A DNA stretch of 63,782 bases, the filler included, from Choristocarpus tenellus KU-1152 (lineage: Eukaryota; Protista; Phaeophyceae), in NCBI GenBank assembly GCA_964200185.2. It is 13 parts of 13 records of this genome, joined end to end, with 100 filler letters (N's around TTAATTAATTAA, not from the genome) between each part and the next. Parts side by side here need not be neighbours in the genome. Positions count along the whole stretch, not along the records: positions 25,759 to 31,145 come from CAXNAD020010953.1; positions 31,246 to 33,824 come from CAXNAD020026597.1; positions 33,925 to 43,920 come from CAXNAD020003218.1; 10 more parts are not named here. One strand, given 5' to 3'. Both the position numbers and the translations under genes were made by a program. The number at the start of each line of letters is the position of its first letter. The stretch's first letter is position 1. Of the stretch, positions 26,291 to 43,500 are shown one piece after another. The notes beneath the pieces were generated by a model. That model did no database searches, had not been told where the DNA came from, and saw only the letters and a list, made by a program, of their open reading frames with translations.

Positions 26291-27869
26291 ATTGTCTGGT
26301 TCAGAGGCCTGGGCCCCCGTGTGTGAGCCTTAGCCAGCAGGTGACAACATCGCATAAACGGGGAATAATGGAAAGAGAATGGAGAGACAACAACGCCCAT
26401 GTTCTCCGGGTGAAGATGACGTCATCAGGCGTCAAATTCATCCTTAAATGTGCGGTTCGCGCGCACCGCATGGCACCTCCGCGCGATATTTGCGTGCGGA
26501 ATACTTGATTCAAGTATGGTCCTGTGTTTCTCACGATTATTGTATATTGACCAACCGAGACCCATCACATAAGGTTAAGCATGCTGATGCGATCACGAAA
26601 AAATTCGCTGTTGATCAAAAGTTATGGCACGACAAAGTTGATGCAGGAGGCGACTGCCAACACTATATTAGGGAGGGAGAGGTAAGGAAGGAAAAAGAAA
26701 AAGTAGGCAAGGGGTGAACGAAGAGTTAAGTACTGAGTGATTAGGAGGTAGAAGAGGCAGGAGAGAACTTGAAGAAAAGTGGTTAGTAGGTGGAGCAAGG
26801 TAAGAAGGAATGGTCAGTATGTAAAGAAAAATGAGGGCTGGTGGTACAAGACGAGGAGGGGCTAGAACAAACGTTACAGGCGAATAGCGCGAGCATTCCT
26901 GCTTGTGTTCCAACGAAGTGCGAGCATCTGTTACACACGAATAGTGTGAGCATTTTCTCCTCAGGTTGTAGCAAATACGAACATTTGTGACAGACGTATA
27001 GTGTTAGGATTGTTTCTCGCGTTCTAACAAGTGCGAACAACATACGATATTAGTAACACAAAGGTAGCTTTACAGAATTAATGATGATTTCGTAGATGAT
27101 ACAGAGTAAGATTCGGAATACCTACGTAACATTACAGAAGAAAATGTCGAAGTCCCTAAGAAGTTGCAGAATAAAGGTTGATGATTGGAGTACGTGTAGA
27201 AGAGTTGCATAGAAGACCAAAGAAATTGGGTGGATGATGAAAATAATTAGAGGGTTTTTGGCCAAAGCCATGCCCCTTACCTCCAGTCTTATCTTTATCT
27301 TGAATGAGACTTTGAGTCGAGCTTTGAGCTAAGCACTGAGTGGAATATCAAGAGAGAAGGACACCTGACACCCTACAAACTGTTATCAAGGGCAACGCCC
27401 CCATAGCGTCATTTTGAGGTCGTTGGATTTGAGTTGTACATCCTGTGGAGGTGAGTTCTGAGGGGCACGCTGAAACATTGAGGTCCTACCGCCTCTCTTC
27501 AAACTGGAGAGAATACTCCGTATTCACCTCATCACTTAGGATTCCTTGTAGCTTACTCCGTCCGCCTAGATTGTTTTCTTTTCCCACGTGGGTTTGTGGT
27601 CTTCATTCATCGTCTACGGGATTACCTCCTTGGCCTCGTCGTCTTCACGAGTGTGATGGCTTCTGTGGCTCCGAGGATTCGCCCTTCTATAGCCGTAAAA
27701 CGAGCGGCCTCTGATCGCCACATCATTCGCCTATAGTCATAAAGTGGGTGGTCTTTGATCACCATGGCCGACACGTTGCCTAGGTAGTCAATTGTTCTGC
27801 ATTCCTTTACTCACACATTTCTGTTCTCTTTTGGTTGCCACCTTGCCCTTTATCTCCCAGATTCGCAGA

Positions 27870-29108
27870 CATGTCTGGACCACAGTATTCACGAGAAGTC
27901 GAGGTCGCCTCCGACCTACAGATTCTCCACGGAATCAATGATTCCGAGAGATTCCAGCCCAGTACCACAACTCAAGGCAATTCTGGTCGCAGCCGTGTCC
28001 ATGCTGCTGAATGCCGAGGCAGGCGCAGAGAGCATGTTCATTTTTGGTCTCCAGTCGTGGCAGATCTCGCTCCAGGTCGAGATCCTGAGACACGCGCGCT
28101 CTCATCGACACGGTCGGAGGACCAGAGAAGAACGCAGAGGCCGCACCCGTTCACCGCGACGTCACCATCGGACCAGTGATTATTCTTCACACAGGTCTGT
28201 ATCACCCAGACCATCTCGGAGGAATAGCCTGAGTACGGTATGTCGGTCCAGAGAGGTTGAGGCACAGTTGAGAAGAGATATTCATGAGTTGTGTACACGA
28301 GCTGAGTCGAATATGAGTCACAATCCGGTAGGCAGCAGCGAGACAGAGCCTCTCGCAACCTCAGCTTGCGTTATCATCAAGATTGTGTTAAAACCATAGA
28401 ACACATTAATAAGAACTCGGAGACCCTGCCAACGGCCCCATCTTTCTTGGAATACCTGTAGATAACTCTGCCCCAACCATGTCAAACAATCCCGTTTTTT
28501 TCGCTGACGCTCTTACCAAGGCCTTAGGGAGGGTTCAAGGAGGATTGTGGGCCTTACCCAAAGATCGTGCCCACTATCGTAATACATCACATCCACGTAG
28601 TGATGCCCTTAACCCTTTCCGCATCAAGCTTCTTGAGCAACTACTGTCTGACTCTCTTAGGACCCACAGTGATCTCCTAAGCAACTCATCTACGGTGGAA
28701 GTCCCAAACATCACCGGACAACTCCTTCGTGTTCTTCGGGAAGACATGACAGCTACTGAGTGGGTTCGCATCCTGGTCAGAGAATGCACTATTTCTTATA
28801 GTCAGTCGAAAAATGCCGTAAAGAACGCAATGAGTTCTTTAAGGACTGAGAGAGGGGAATCGTGGAAAGCTGCAGCCAACCGTCTTATCTTACATTATTG
28901 AGCATACACCGTAGATTCATGGATGCCTCATGTTTGTGAGACAACTTTCTTTTGGAGGTATATAGCTGAAGACCAACTCATTGATCTATGCGAACGAGCT
29001 CTTCCTATTCTTCTTCCCAATGTTCTAGATCAGATTGGAGTACAGTCGATGGCACTTTCATTTCGAAAGGAGATTCGGAATCAATTTCGCCCACTGGAGG
29101 GTGCATGA
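27870..29108 (+). mobile_element. Degenerate gag-like ORF of a probable LTR retrotransposon
   Basis: Long coding-like stretch broken by stops and frameshifts, with an MHR-like LRTERGESWKAAANRL. Upstream ...CCCTACA-AAC-TGTTATCAAGGGC (~27371-27393) resembles an LTR end plus decayed tRNA-Met PBS. Confidence 0.45.
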
Positions 29109-29618
29109 ACAATGTTTGAGCAATGGGTTGATCCCTGACTAGAGGTGGGAATATGGACTTGAGAATACGGGTACGGCACAGACATGGAATGGAGGTGATC
29201 TCTAACAGCCTTCCAAGGTAAGAGAAGTCCCAGAACATACAGAGGGGGGGGAGGATAGACTTATGAAAGTCCTAATCAAAACCACCTGAAACCGTGTCAA
29301 AGCATTAAGTACTACAGATCCCATCCCAAACTATCCAAAGTAAAAGGGAGTTTAATGTCAGAAATAAAAGATGTGTGAGGGTAGCCAATGGAGGTACCAA
29401 GTGTGAGGAGGGCATAGCCGCAAGTGATAGAACCAAACAACGACTTTAAGGGACTTTATGCAGTCGCAATATACCATACTCCAAGGATAGTTTGCCGGAG
29501 ACTAGGTGGTTTGGGCATGTTAATTTTTGCTCCAAATCTATATGAAAGGAAAGTGAGGTGAGTCATAGATCCCGCGAGTCTGCCTTGGATTACGCCAGAG
29601 GGGGGGGTGCTTGGGTAG

Positions 29619-29796
29619 GACCCAAAGTATCTAGGGAGGGGGGGGGTCTACACCAGGGTGCCCATTTCAACCAAAATCAGGACAAGTTAACTTTCATTAT
29701 CCATCGGACGTATGCAACCAAATCACCCAAAAATCGCGACATGACAAAATTGACCCCAAACGGACAGCCGCCACCCCCTCTCAGACACTTTAAGCC
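29619..29796. mobile_element. MITE family B
   Basis: GACCCAAAGTATCT...AGACACTTTAAGCC, flanked by TAG. Confidence 0.8.
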
Positions 29797-30379
29797 TAGA
29801 CTAGCGGGAAAGGGGGGGGTCAGAGGGGATAGACATAGACCAGGGATGAGATTCTCAGGGGAAGGAAAGTGGAGCCAAGTATGACAGCCCATGGGGGTGG
29901 TCAGAGAGAACAGAGTGCACAGGTGAGAAAAGGAAACAGAGAGGTCCTGACAGGTAGGGTATTTAAGGAAGACTTTTACGGGTGGGGATGGGTGGCAGGA
30001 CGAGGGTTGGTAGAAAGAGGAGAGAAGTTGAGTTTCCAGTTATAAGGTATGTGGTTAAGACCCCCAGAGATGGCAAGGTACTCAACTGCATGCATTACAG
30101 AAGTAGGGGAGGTTACAACGTGGAGATGGATAAGTGGTGGGGGTATGAGGACCAGGAGTGCGTGAAGAAGGGTATCATTTGAAGGGGGATGAAAAGAGAG
30201 AGGGGGAGTATATCAACCATTGTACTAGAATGGTTGGCGAGGGTAGTGAATGCAGGGTTAGTGGTATTGAAGACAGGGGAAAGGATAAAGAAGGGGGACC
30301 CAGTATTATGAAGGTAAGACACCGAGTCTGCAATGCATTGGTTTGTAAGGGTGGGGGGGCCAGAGATGAGAGAGTGGGA

Positions 30380-31145
30380 GGATTGATAAGAAGGGGGAAG
30401 ATAGAGGTAGTAAGGGAACGGTCATTTGCAGCAGAACACGTTAATGGGAAGAAGAATGATCTGGTAGACGGAATATCAAGACCGGAAAAGGAAAACACTC
30501 AATCTAACCTCCATCATGCTTGTCCATGTATTGACTGGTAGGAACAGACCCTGGATTGGGAATGGGAGATGATGTGGTTGAGCGCCTTTCAGTCCTGTAG
30601 GTCAGAGGCACGGTTGCACCATCTACTCAGAAGTATGACCAGACAGCTTGGGAACATTTGTCTGAATTCTGTACATAGAGATGATTGAGTAGGTGGTGGG
30701 ACCGTAGAAGTCCAGAGTTGGATGGTGGGAAGGCGCGAGTGGAGTTTACGTCACGTTGTTGCAGGAGTAGGGAGAACCAAGTAGTACAATCAAAGACTAA
30801 GATTTCAGCAATCCAGTAATACCACAAACAATTTCTTAACATCAATCTTCCCACGTAGCACATCATAATTTCCTCAGAGCCAAAGGGTGTGAGAAGGAGA
30901 AGAATATGGGGGATTTCAAGGTGGTTTCAATTTTGGAATGCTTCGCAGAACTCCCTCCGGACGCCCCACTTAGGACATACAGGGATGGGGAGAGGTGGAG
31001 GGTAATTACGACGAGCCCAGCAACAACAGGTATCTTGAAAAAAATAGTGGGGAAGCTTAGGATGAGACCAGAGGAGTATGGCTTGTACTCGAGCAGGATA
31101 GGGGGGGTGACGAGAGTGGCAATAATGGGGGTGTCAGAGATAGCA
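30380..31145 (+). mobile_element. DIRS/Ngaro-like tyrosine-recombinase retrotransposon remnant
   Basis: RNase H-like AEHVNGKKNDLVDGISR, then a decayed recombinase N-terminal domain and YGLYSSRIGGVT (HSxRIGGAT motif). Confidence 0.72.
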
Positions 31146-31627
31146 NNNNNNNNNNNNNNNNNNNNNNNNNNNNNNNNNNNNNNNNNNNNTTAATTAATTA
31201 ANNNNNNNNNNNNNNNNNNNNNNNNNNNNNNNNNNNNNNNNNNNNAAACTCCTCATTTCAGTTAAGGATTTTGAAAGGAAGGGGGTTTAGTCCAGTTTAT
31301 CCGTTCAGGCCTTAATGAGGTGTTACAAAACCCCCAACTTTGATGGCGGTTTTGGTAGTGATTCTCCTCGGATCCGATCGAGTGCACAACAATAAGACCT
31401 AGTGGATAATATATATTCTACCGTGTAAGTTTGACTGTAGGATGGAGATTAACCACGCGAAACTACGTCTGCGCAGTTTGTGGGGTATATATATCTTTGC
31501 GATATTTCTGTTTGAGGAAAAGGCTTGTCTTGAAATATAATCGGCAAAATGCCCATCGTATATGGTATATGTGCATGTGATAAACATCCCTTGAGATGAA
31601 TGAACGATGATCATGATGAACCACACA

Positions 31628-31887
31628 AAGCCAAAGTAAACAAAAGGTACCCAGGTTTTGTCCGATTTGCATTTAACTTCGATTTCTCATCCTTTGCCAA
31701 TTCACCCATATTTCTATGGATATAGTTCTAAATTTGACTTGAGAGCACTCATTTCTCTATTGTTTGAAAATTTTCCGACACAATTCGCAAAATATCCCAT
31801 ACACTTCTGTAAAAAAAGTCAAATTTACCACAAGTGTGTCAGTATCCTTAAAATGCAACACTGGTTACCTCTCGTTTACTTTGACTC
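31628..31887. mobile_element. MITE family C
   Basis: AAGCCAAAGTAAACAAAAGGTACCCAGG...CTGGTTACCTCTCGTTTACTTTGACTC; ACA TSD. Confidence 0.8.
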
Positions 31888-32011
31888 ACACGTTGAAAAA
31901 CAATATATTAACCAGAAAATCTTAGAGACGTGAAGTCACAACTACTCAGAAAACGTCAGTGCACCACCAACAGTGGTGTATGAAGACCATGTTCCATGAG
32001 AAGACACAAAT

Positions 32012-32241
32012 GAGCCAAACCAACCGAGAGGTAAGCAGGGTTGCATTTTAAGGATCCCCAGAAAGAGCAAAAAAATGTCATTTCGTACCATTGCAGAAAG
32101 AGCCTTTGCTCAATTGTGGTGTCACTTTGTGCGTGGAAAGGGTGAACATCAATTTTGATACACCCTTGTGAACGGGTTATGAGAAAGATGGCATAGAATG
32201 CGAAAAGATCCAAACCTAGCTCCTTTCAATTAGTTTGGATC
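32012..32241. mobile_element. MITE family C (diverged)
   Basis: GAGCCAAACCAACCGAGAGG...CTCCTTTCAATTAGTTTGGATC; AAAT on both sides. Confidence 0.65.
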
Positions 32242-33960
32242 AAATCTGATAACACCATGATGTCTATAACTACACAGAAACTAACTTGTACACAGCACAA
32301 CAAAACACCAGCTTGTTCGGTGAACAAAGTCACATAACCCTGAAAGAATCCATCACGACGAAGTAGCCATCATGTTTTGTAGATAATCGAAAGATACCAA
32401 CAGTAAGGAGAATAATAGACATGATGAACACATATCTGCTCAAACAAATCAATCTCAAGAAATAATGTATGTTTTACCAGCAATACCCCACCAACAACAC
32501 ACGAGAAGGAAACACCAGAACAAAGAAAGAAGGAGTAGCACACCATCTCCTGCTACCCTTTGTCTCATCGTAATATTGGAGTTATCCACAACCATCGATA
32601 TGGAGGTGTATCCTGTGTTGCGTTACTGCATTCTGCAAATGGAAATGCCACTACTTCATCCCACCAAGAATAAGGACAAGAATACTTCAAAAGTGGTCTG
32701 CAAAGAAGGCAGGGTACTCTCGATATGTAGAGAAGGATTGACAACTGGGGAAGCGTTGTCCTGCTGGGGAGAAGAAGCAACAAGTCGAGAAGCTTTTTGC
32801 AAAGAAGGGCAAACTTTATCTCGAGCAGTGTATTGAGCAACAGAGTACTAGCTATGTGGATGGGAAGGATGGGTCACAGCAACTTGCAACATCTCTCGAA
32901 TATGTTCTTCGGGTCCTCCAAGAACGATCGTAGTGATAGTCATACTGGTGTTGATGGGGATTGCTGAGATGGCACACATTGTGGAGTAACACCATCTCAC
33001 CACCATGTACCTTTGTTCCTGGAAATATGTCTGCGCCACATTGTTGCTTCCAGTATGTTCTGCTTCAGATGAAGATCGACGCCTAAGGTACATGATAAAA
33101 GTAGTATATAAGAATCATTACATCATGATTGTTTCTCATTGAAACAATTTGGAGTAGTGGGGCAACAACATCTAATGTGGTTGTAGATGCTTTCCAACAG
33201 AGTGGTATTATGATGTATTTTTAGTAGGAAAGTAAGAAGCTCGTACAAAGAGGACGGAGGTGGGGTATATTGAGAAGGGGGACGAGCGGACTATTGGAAT
33301 GGTTGTTTTTCTTGCTCACAAGTCCTCTGGCCATTGGATTGAGTAACATCGAACTCAGGTGTAACATACAACATATACTACGTAGTACTAGTACTTCAGG
33401 AAGAAACGTTGCACCAGTTGAATATATTTTACTTGACAACCAACGTGCAAACATTATGTTGATAATGAGTTGGTTACATACGATTTCAGTGCAGAGACCT
33501 CATTAGAGATGCTATGGTAGAACAACCTACACTGTGCGTAAATACTCAGCATGTCGTAAGCGTAGTACATTAAAGAGAGACAAATATTGAAAAAGAACAG
33601 CAGTCTTGCTGTGCTGCATGTCTAGTCATCATTGTGTCAAAATGTGCTACCCCTCAACAACAGCACAGAATAATATGGTGTGCAAGGTGCAGATTAATTT
33701 GAAGCACTGTGACATACAGTCTGTCCAGGTTCCACCCAGCATATGTCTCTATTGAGTAGCTACACGGCCTTATCCATGCAGCCAATACGCTGGCCCATGA
33801 GCACATTCACCGAATTACATACCCNNNNNNNNNNNNNNNNNNNNNNNNNNNNNNNNNNNNNNNNNNNNTTAATTAATTAANNNNNNNNNNNNNNNNNNNN
33901 NNNNNNNNNNNNNNNNNNNNNNNNCTACATTATTTTTTGAGGAAGGATAGGAAGACTCAC

Positions 33961-36900
33961 CAGTCCACAATCACATCACCCTTGACAGGTTTTGCAAGGT
34001 GGAGCATAGCATACGTGGTGCTAGGGCGGAGAGACGACAGGCGGTTACCATAGCTCAGGAGTCCCCTCTCCTCCTTGGGCAGGCGTCCTTAAGATTTTAA
34101 AGCGTAGCATGGTACACCCGAACAAGTTTTACCCAAAGCGTAGACAAGACCCGACAAAAAAGGCGGGGAAACAATTCAGTAGGGTAGGAGGGGGGAGCGA
34201 CTGTCAATGGGTAAGCTCTCTGAATTTCAAACACGGAAAACAATTAAAGCAGCACTGCGATTGACTCTGCATATTGCTGGAAGGGTACAAGTGTATCCCC
34301 TCCTAATCCCAGATTGGCAGACAAAACCCCTTGAACTTGGATGTATAGTATAACAAGATCGATGTCAAGCGTGCAAGAAGAGGAGCATGTCAGGGCATAG
34401 TACAGTGCAGGAATACAGGGCCCTTATGGTGGGACCAGGCCCTCGTTCCGAAATGCGCTGTCAAGTAAATTTCTAAACAAGTTAAAAAAAAGGAAAGGAC
34501 ATTGCATCATTGCTCATTGGAAACCCGAAGACATAAAAGCAGCCAATTGAACCCTTCGAATTTCTTAAAATACTCTCCTATTACTCCGTCCATTTGACAA
34601 GAGCAGCCCTATTGAGTCTTGTCATGTTGCGTTGAAATGCCATCGTATTTGAATAATGGAAAACAACAGCTGGATTCCTTAGCTTTCGGATATGTTTATG
34701 CACCATCAATATCTCAATACAGTTTGTAAGTTATCTACTGCATTCAAATGGGGTTCAGGGCCATCTGTTCACGTCCAAGGCGTTATTCCTTAGCGCGGGA
34801 GCAGGTGTTGCCTGGATACACATCAAGGTCATGAGACAAATGAGTTCAGAGACACCCAGCAGTCCACTCAAGACAGAGAGCCACAGCCCAAGGGTCTTAT
34901 GCATCCAAGAGAGGGGCAACCTAAACATAGGAAAATAGAAAAAAAGAAGGATGAGAGAGGAAAAACAAGAGTCTGTAGAAATCCCTGAGGTGTATATCCT
35001 ATCATTTTGCATCCCCCAAGGTTAGTATCTATTCATTCAAGAGTTCCCATGCAGTCTAGTTCGGGAGGAAGGTCAAGGAAGATTACCATTGGCGCTGTGA
35101 AATTCCCTATCCCCCAAGGCGATCCCAACAACAATGCTCTTGTGCAAGATCACGGCAACCACCTCAAGGTCATAGTCCTTCAGTAAAACAAAGCAGAAAG
35201 GAGACGGAGCCAGAGATGCGAGTGGGGGGTCAGCACTAGAATCAATACCAAAACAATGCACAGTCAAATATTGGGGGCACCTGTCACTCAAGTGCTGATC
35301 AGCTGAAGAGCTTACTGCGATGGAAGAGGACAAAGAAAAAAATGCAGCTCCTTTCCTCCCTCTCCTTTGCCCTCTTCTTATAGGTGGATCTGCCCTCTAA
35401 AAACAGGCCTAAAACCTCTGCCACCCCAATACTCCAAACAATCAGATCCTGAAGCCATTGATTGCAGTAGCACAGTAGTATCGTCCCTTTGGCAAAGACA
35501 CATGTGCCAAGAACAGAAGGGGCATTCCCGAAAAATGTCTCGACAAATTGCAAAGCATGCACAGGATAGGAATCATGTCGGCAAATAGCAAATGCAACTC
35601 TCTTCAATCTGGGTAAAGCGGACACAACACCTCCACGAAGCAGCACATAGACGTTAAAATGGCTTCTCAATTTCACCCACAAACCAACACCCTGATACTT
35701 CCTCCATGCCCCCAAGTCACCCTGTTACACAGTCCGTCTTGAGTCACCTTCAGGTCCACTGTCCATTTGAGGTTTGCCTCCCCTACTGCATCGCCCAACC
35801 TGGCACTTGCTTTAGTAGAGTTGAAGGCATGATGTCCGTCCCTAACTACTGAAGCTCGGTATGAGAAAGTCTGCCCCTGCTCCAACTTGTAATTGGTCTT
35901 GGTCTTGTCCCCATCTTCATCGCTGCTGTGGCATATTGCAGCAATATGTGCCCTCCTCATAGCCTCTTTCCCCTCTATTTCCCCATCCCCCATACGCTGA
36001 TTGATATGAGAGGGCTCAGTCTCTCCGAAAGTCCTTGATTGGTGACGCCTGGACTGACACATGAATTGCTTCCACACATGGATTGCTTTTGGCCAAAGGG
36101 GGGAGTTTGCCACAAGGGATACAATTTTATCAAGGGCGGTTACCTTGGCAGCATCCCGTCCTATGCCTTGTTGATTGATTATCGTCGTATCAGGTCCAGG
36201 GACTGGGATTTCATCGCCTGAACCAGGGTTAAGGGGTGCTGTGATGGAATGGAGTGCAATGTCCAGGCTGGTTGCCTGTGCAACAAGTGCAAAGATACTC
36301 TGATGGGGGTGATGTTGGAATGGTCAGTAGCAGGAGTGGACAAGGGAAAGGACGAGAAATTGGAGGTTGGATTCAATGGCCTAGGTTCTAGGCATCTTGT
36401 ATCATAACAAGTGAAACTACTTGTACCACAACCAACAAAGTTCCCTGGCAGCAGGAGGGGTCCAGCCTTTATTTTCCACCAAGAGTGTCTTTAGCTACAC
36501 ATGTACGATGCAGACCGATCTACTGGCAAGTATTTGAGCTGCACAGGATTCGATCGGAATAGACGAACCTGGACGCTTCGAAGTCCACGCAACTCATCTG
36601 GCGAGGCATCAGTAAACACTAGGAGCTTGCTGCATCCTGCTTGCCCTGTGTGGACGCCATCTTTCAATGCATGCGTAGCGCCTTTGCTTCGCGTGTGATA
36701 TTGGAGGGGCAAGAGTTTATCAGGGCAGACAAAAGGCTAGCTAAGGGCTCGGGCTTGCAATGGTGGAACTTCGTCTGAGAGTGGCGTGGCCAAGATAAGA
36801 CACCCCTTTGAGCCCCCCACGCAATTAGTATCAACAATGAAAAGGCGTAGATACCAATGGAGATATATCCAAGGAGTAATACAAGTCAGTAGGAGATTAC

Positions 36901-37452
36901 AAGCGCAACTGCTGGCCATGATAAATGTATGTCTAGGGATACACCTTCGAAATCCTCGACGAACTCCTGGACAATTGCCCTCCGTCCAAGCTCCCCGAGA
37001 TACCGTTCCACATCTTCCTTAACGGAGAGGCGCATTCCTCCAAGGCATAGAGCAATGTACCTAACAAAAGGAAGTTTGAGACTCCAGAATTATACATTGG
37101 AATACTACGTGCTTGTTTAATGAGATGGTCTCTAGAGCAGAGGAAGAGTCTGCAAGTAAGGCCTTCGTCAACAAGATCCAAGAGGTTGTCTCCTCACAAC
37201 AACGCAAATGAACCTGTTTGATCCATCAAACATGTCCAGCTTGGACACTTCACACAGGAAAAGATATTCTGCTTGAGGCAGAACAGAGCGTGTAATCTTC
37301 CTTTCTTTCACAACATGTACACCCTTTCCTCTCCGTCTACAGTTTCCCCACCAGTCGAGGTCATTGAGGCCATTGTATTGATCGATTTCTTTACAATCTA
37401 GTGCTCCTTGGAGAACCCGATCCATACTGGGTCCTTGTGAGAGTCCCGCCAT
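33961..37452 (-). CDS. THUMP-domain tRNA guanine-N2 methyltransferase (THUMPD3/Trm14-like), 3' incomplete
   Basis: Minus-strand exons (37452 or 37233)-37214, 37060-36945, 36660-36569, 36275-35748, 35177-35087, 34087-33961, all phase-consistent. LRSVQ, YRASVVRDGHHAFNS...WTVDLKDYDLEVVAVIL...VVGIAL and LRPSTTYAMLHLA...DVIVD parallel THUMPD3. Confidence 0.82.
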
Positions 37453-37671
37453 CACAACAACTTCACTCCAGAACTAGTATTTGTACCTTGATTTGATATG
37501 ATTGTTAAGTGTTTCACCAAATCATGGAGAGGCGTCTATTTCTGTAAGTTGAATATTAACCGAAACAATTACCGAATGGTTAAGCGCTTCTGTGGCCAGT
37601 GAGAGAGGTTGGTGGGCACTCACGGGTTTGGCAACACCGTGTGACACAGCGGGCTACAGTCAACATCCAAC

Positions 37672-42434
<4,763 letters not shown>

Positions 42435-43173
42435 AGCATTGTCAAGCTTGCCTTTGTGCTTGGCTACTGTTTCCACATCCCACACGACACAGGTAGTTGG
42501 TCACCCTGGAGCTTGCTACGGGGTCAAGCTTTTCCAATTACTAGCCTGTTTCTTGACAGGAGTGATGTCATGTGTCCCAAGCCTTTGATTGCGGTCTTAT
42601 AATGCCCTTTTCGTGGTGTTTCAGCTGTGACTTGTTTGGAAAATGACAGGGAGATTATCCTCTAGGGTATTTTGCTGTGATGCAAAGGTTGTAGAGGAAC
42701 AAATAATAAGAGTGTTGCCATCAAAACATTGCGTGTCACATTCTGCAAATCAGTGCAAAAAGCAGTGTGCCTGTGATAAAATTGGAATGCCTTCTGATCA
42801 TCCAAAATAGTCTCTTGTGAACAGCACTGCTACAATCTGGTTTTTCTCCTTGTGCCATCAGAGAGATAGACAGCACCAACGATGTCAACAAGTTTTCTTC
42901 ATTTTACTGGTTGGGTGTTGAGATCATTGATCTCCTTGAAACAAAACATTTTAGAGGACAATCTGTACAGTCTACACAAAGCTGGCATATCATACTTTGT
43001 AGCATACATTGCATGCAATACAAATTAACAAGGAACACCTTTCTGTTAAAAAAAACCCCAGAAAACAAGTCAAACATACACGCTAGCAGGACAGATTGGA
43101 CAAGAGCACCCAAGATCAAGTTCAGACCAGCAATCATAAAATAATTGTAACAAAACAAACCATGGGATTGATG

Positions 43174-43500
43174 TCACAATCGTCCAGCTCCATGGTAAAG
43201 CATACTACAGCCTAGCCTTCCTGAATCAAGCATAATCCCGGAAAATTTGCCAGGAGGATGATGCCCCTCAGGGGCTCCATTACTGTCTCGTTTCCTCCCA
43301 TCCTCATCCTGATCTGTCTCCGTGGCTCTAAGCTCTGTGCCTGTTCCTGCATCCAACCCCACCTTGAGCGGCCTTGCATCAGCATTGGCGTGAGCCTGCA
43401 TGACCCTGTGGAGTTCCTCAAAGAGAGGATTAGACTTGAATCGCTGCTGTTCAGCATACTCTGACAGGGGCATCCACTGACAGGCTTCTATCTCTGACGC
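43174..43500 (-). CDS. Probable Nudix hydrolase (NUDT6-like), terminal exon
   Basis: After a CAG acceptor: ASEIEACQWMPLSEY..., resembling the Q..EI..A.WMP..EY C-terminal segment of NUDT6-type Nudix proteins. Confidence 0.55.
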   Translation of the reverse strand, partial: ASEIEACQWMPLSEYAEQQRFKSNPLFEELHRVMQAHANADARPLKVGLDAGTGTELRATETDQDEDGRKRDSNGAPEGHHPPGKFSGIMLDSGRLGCSMLYHGAGRL

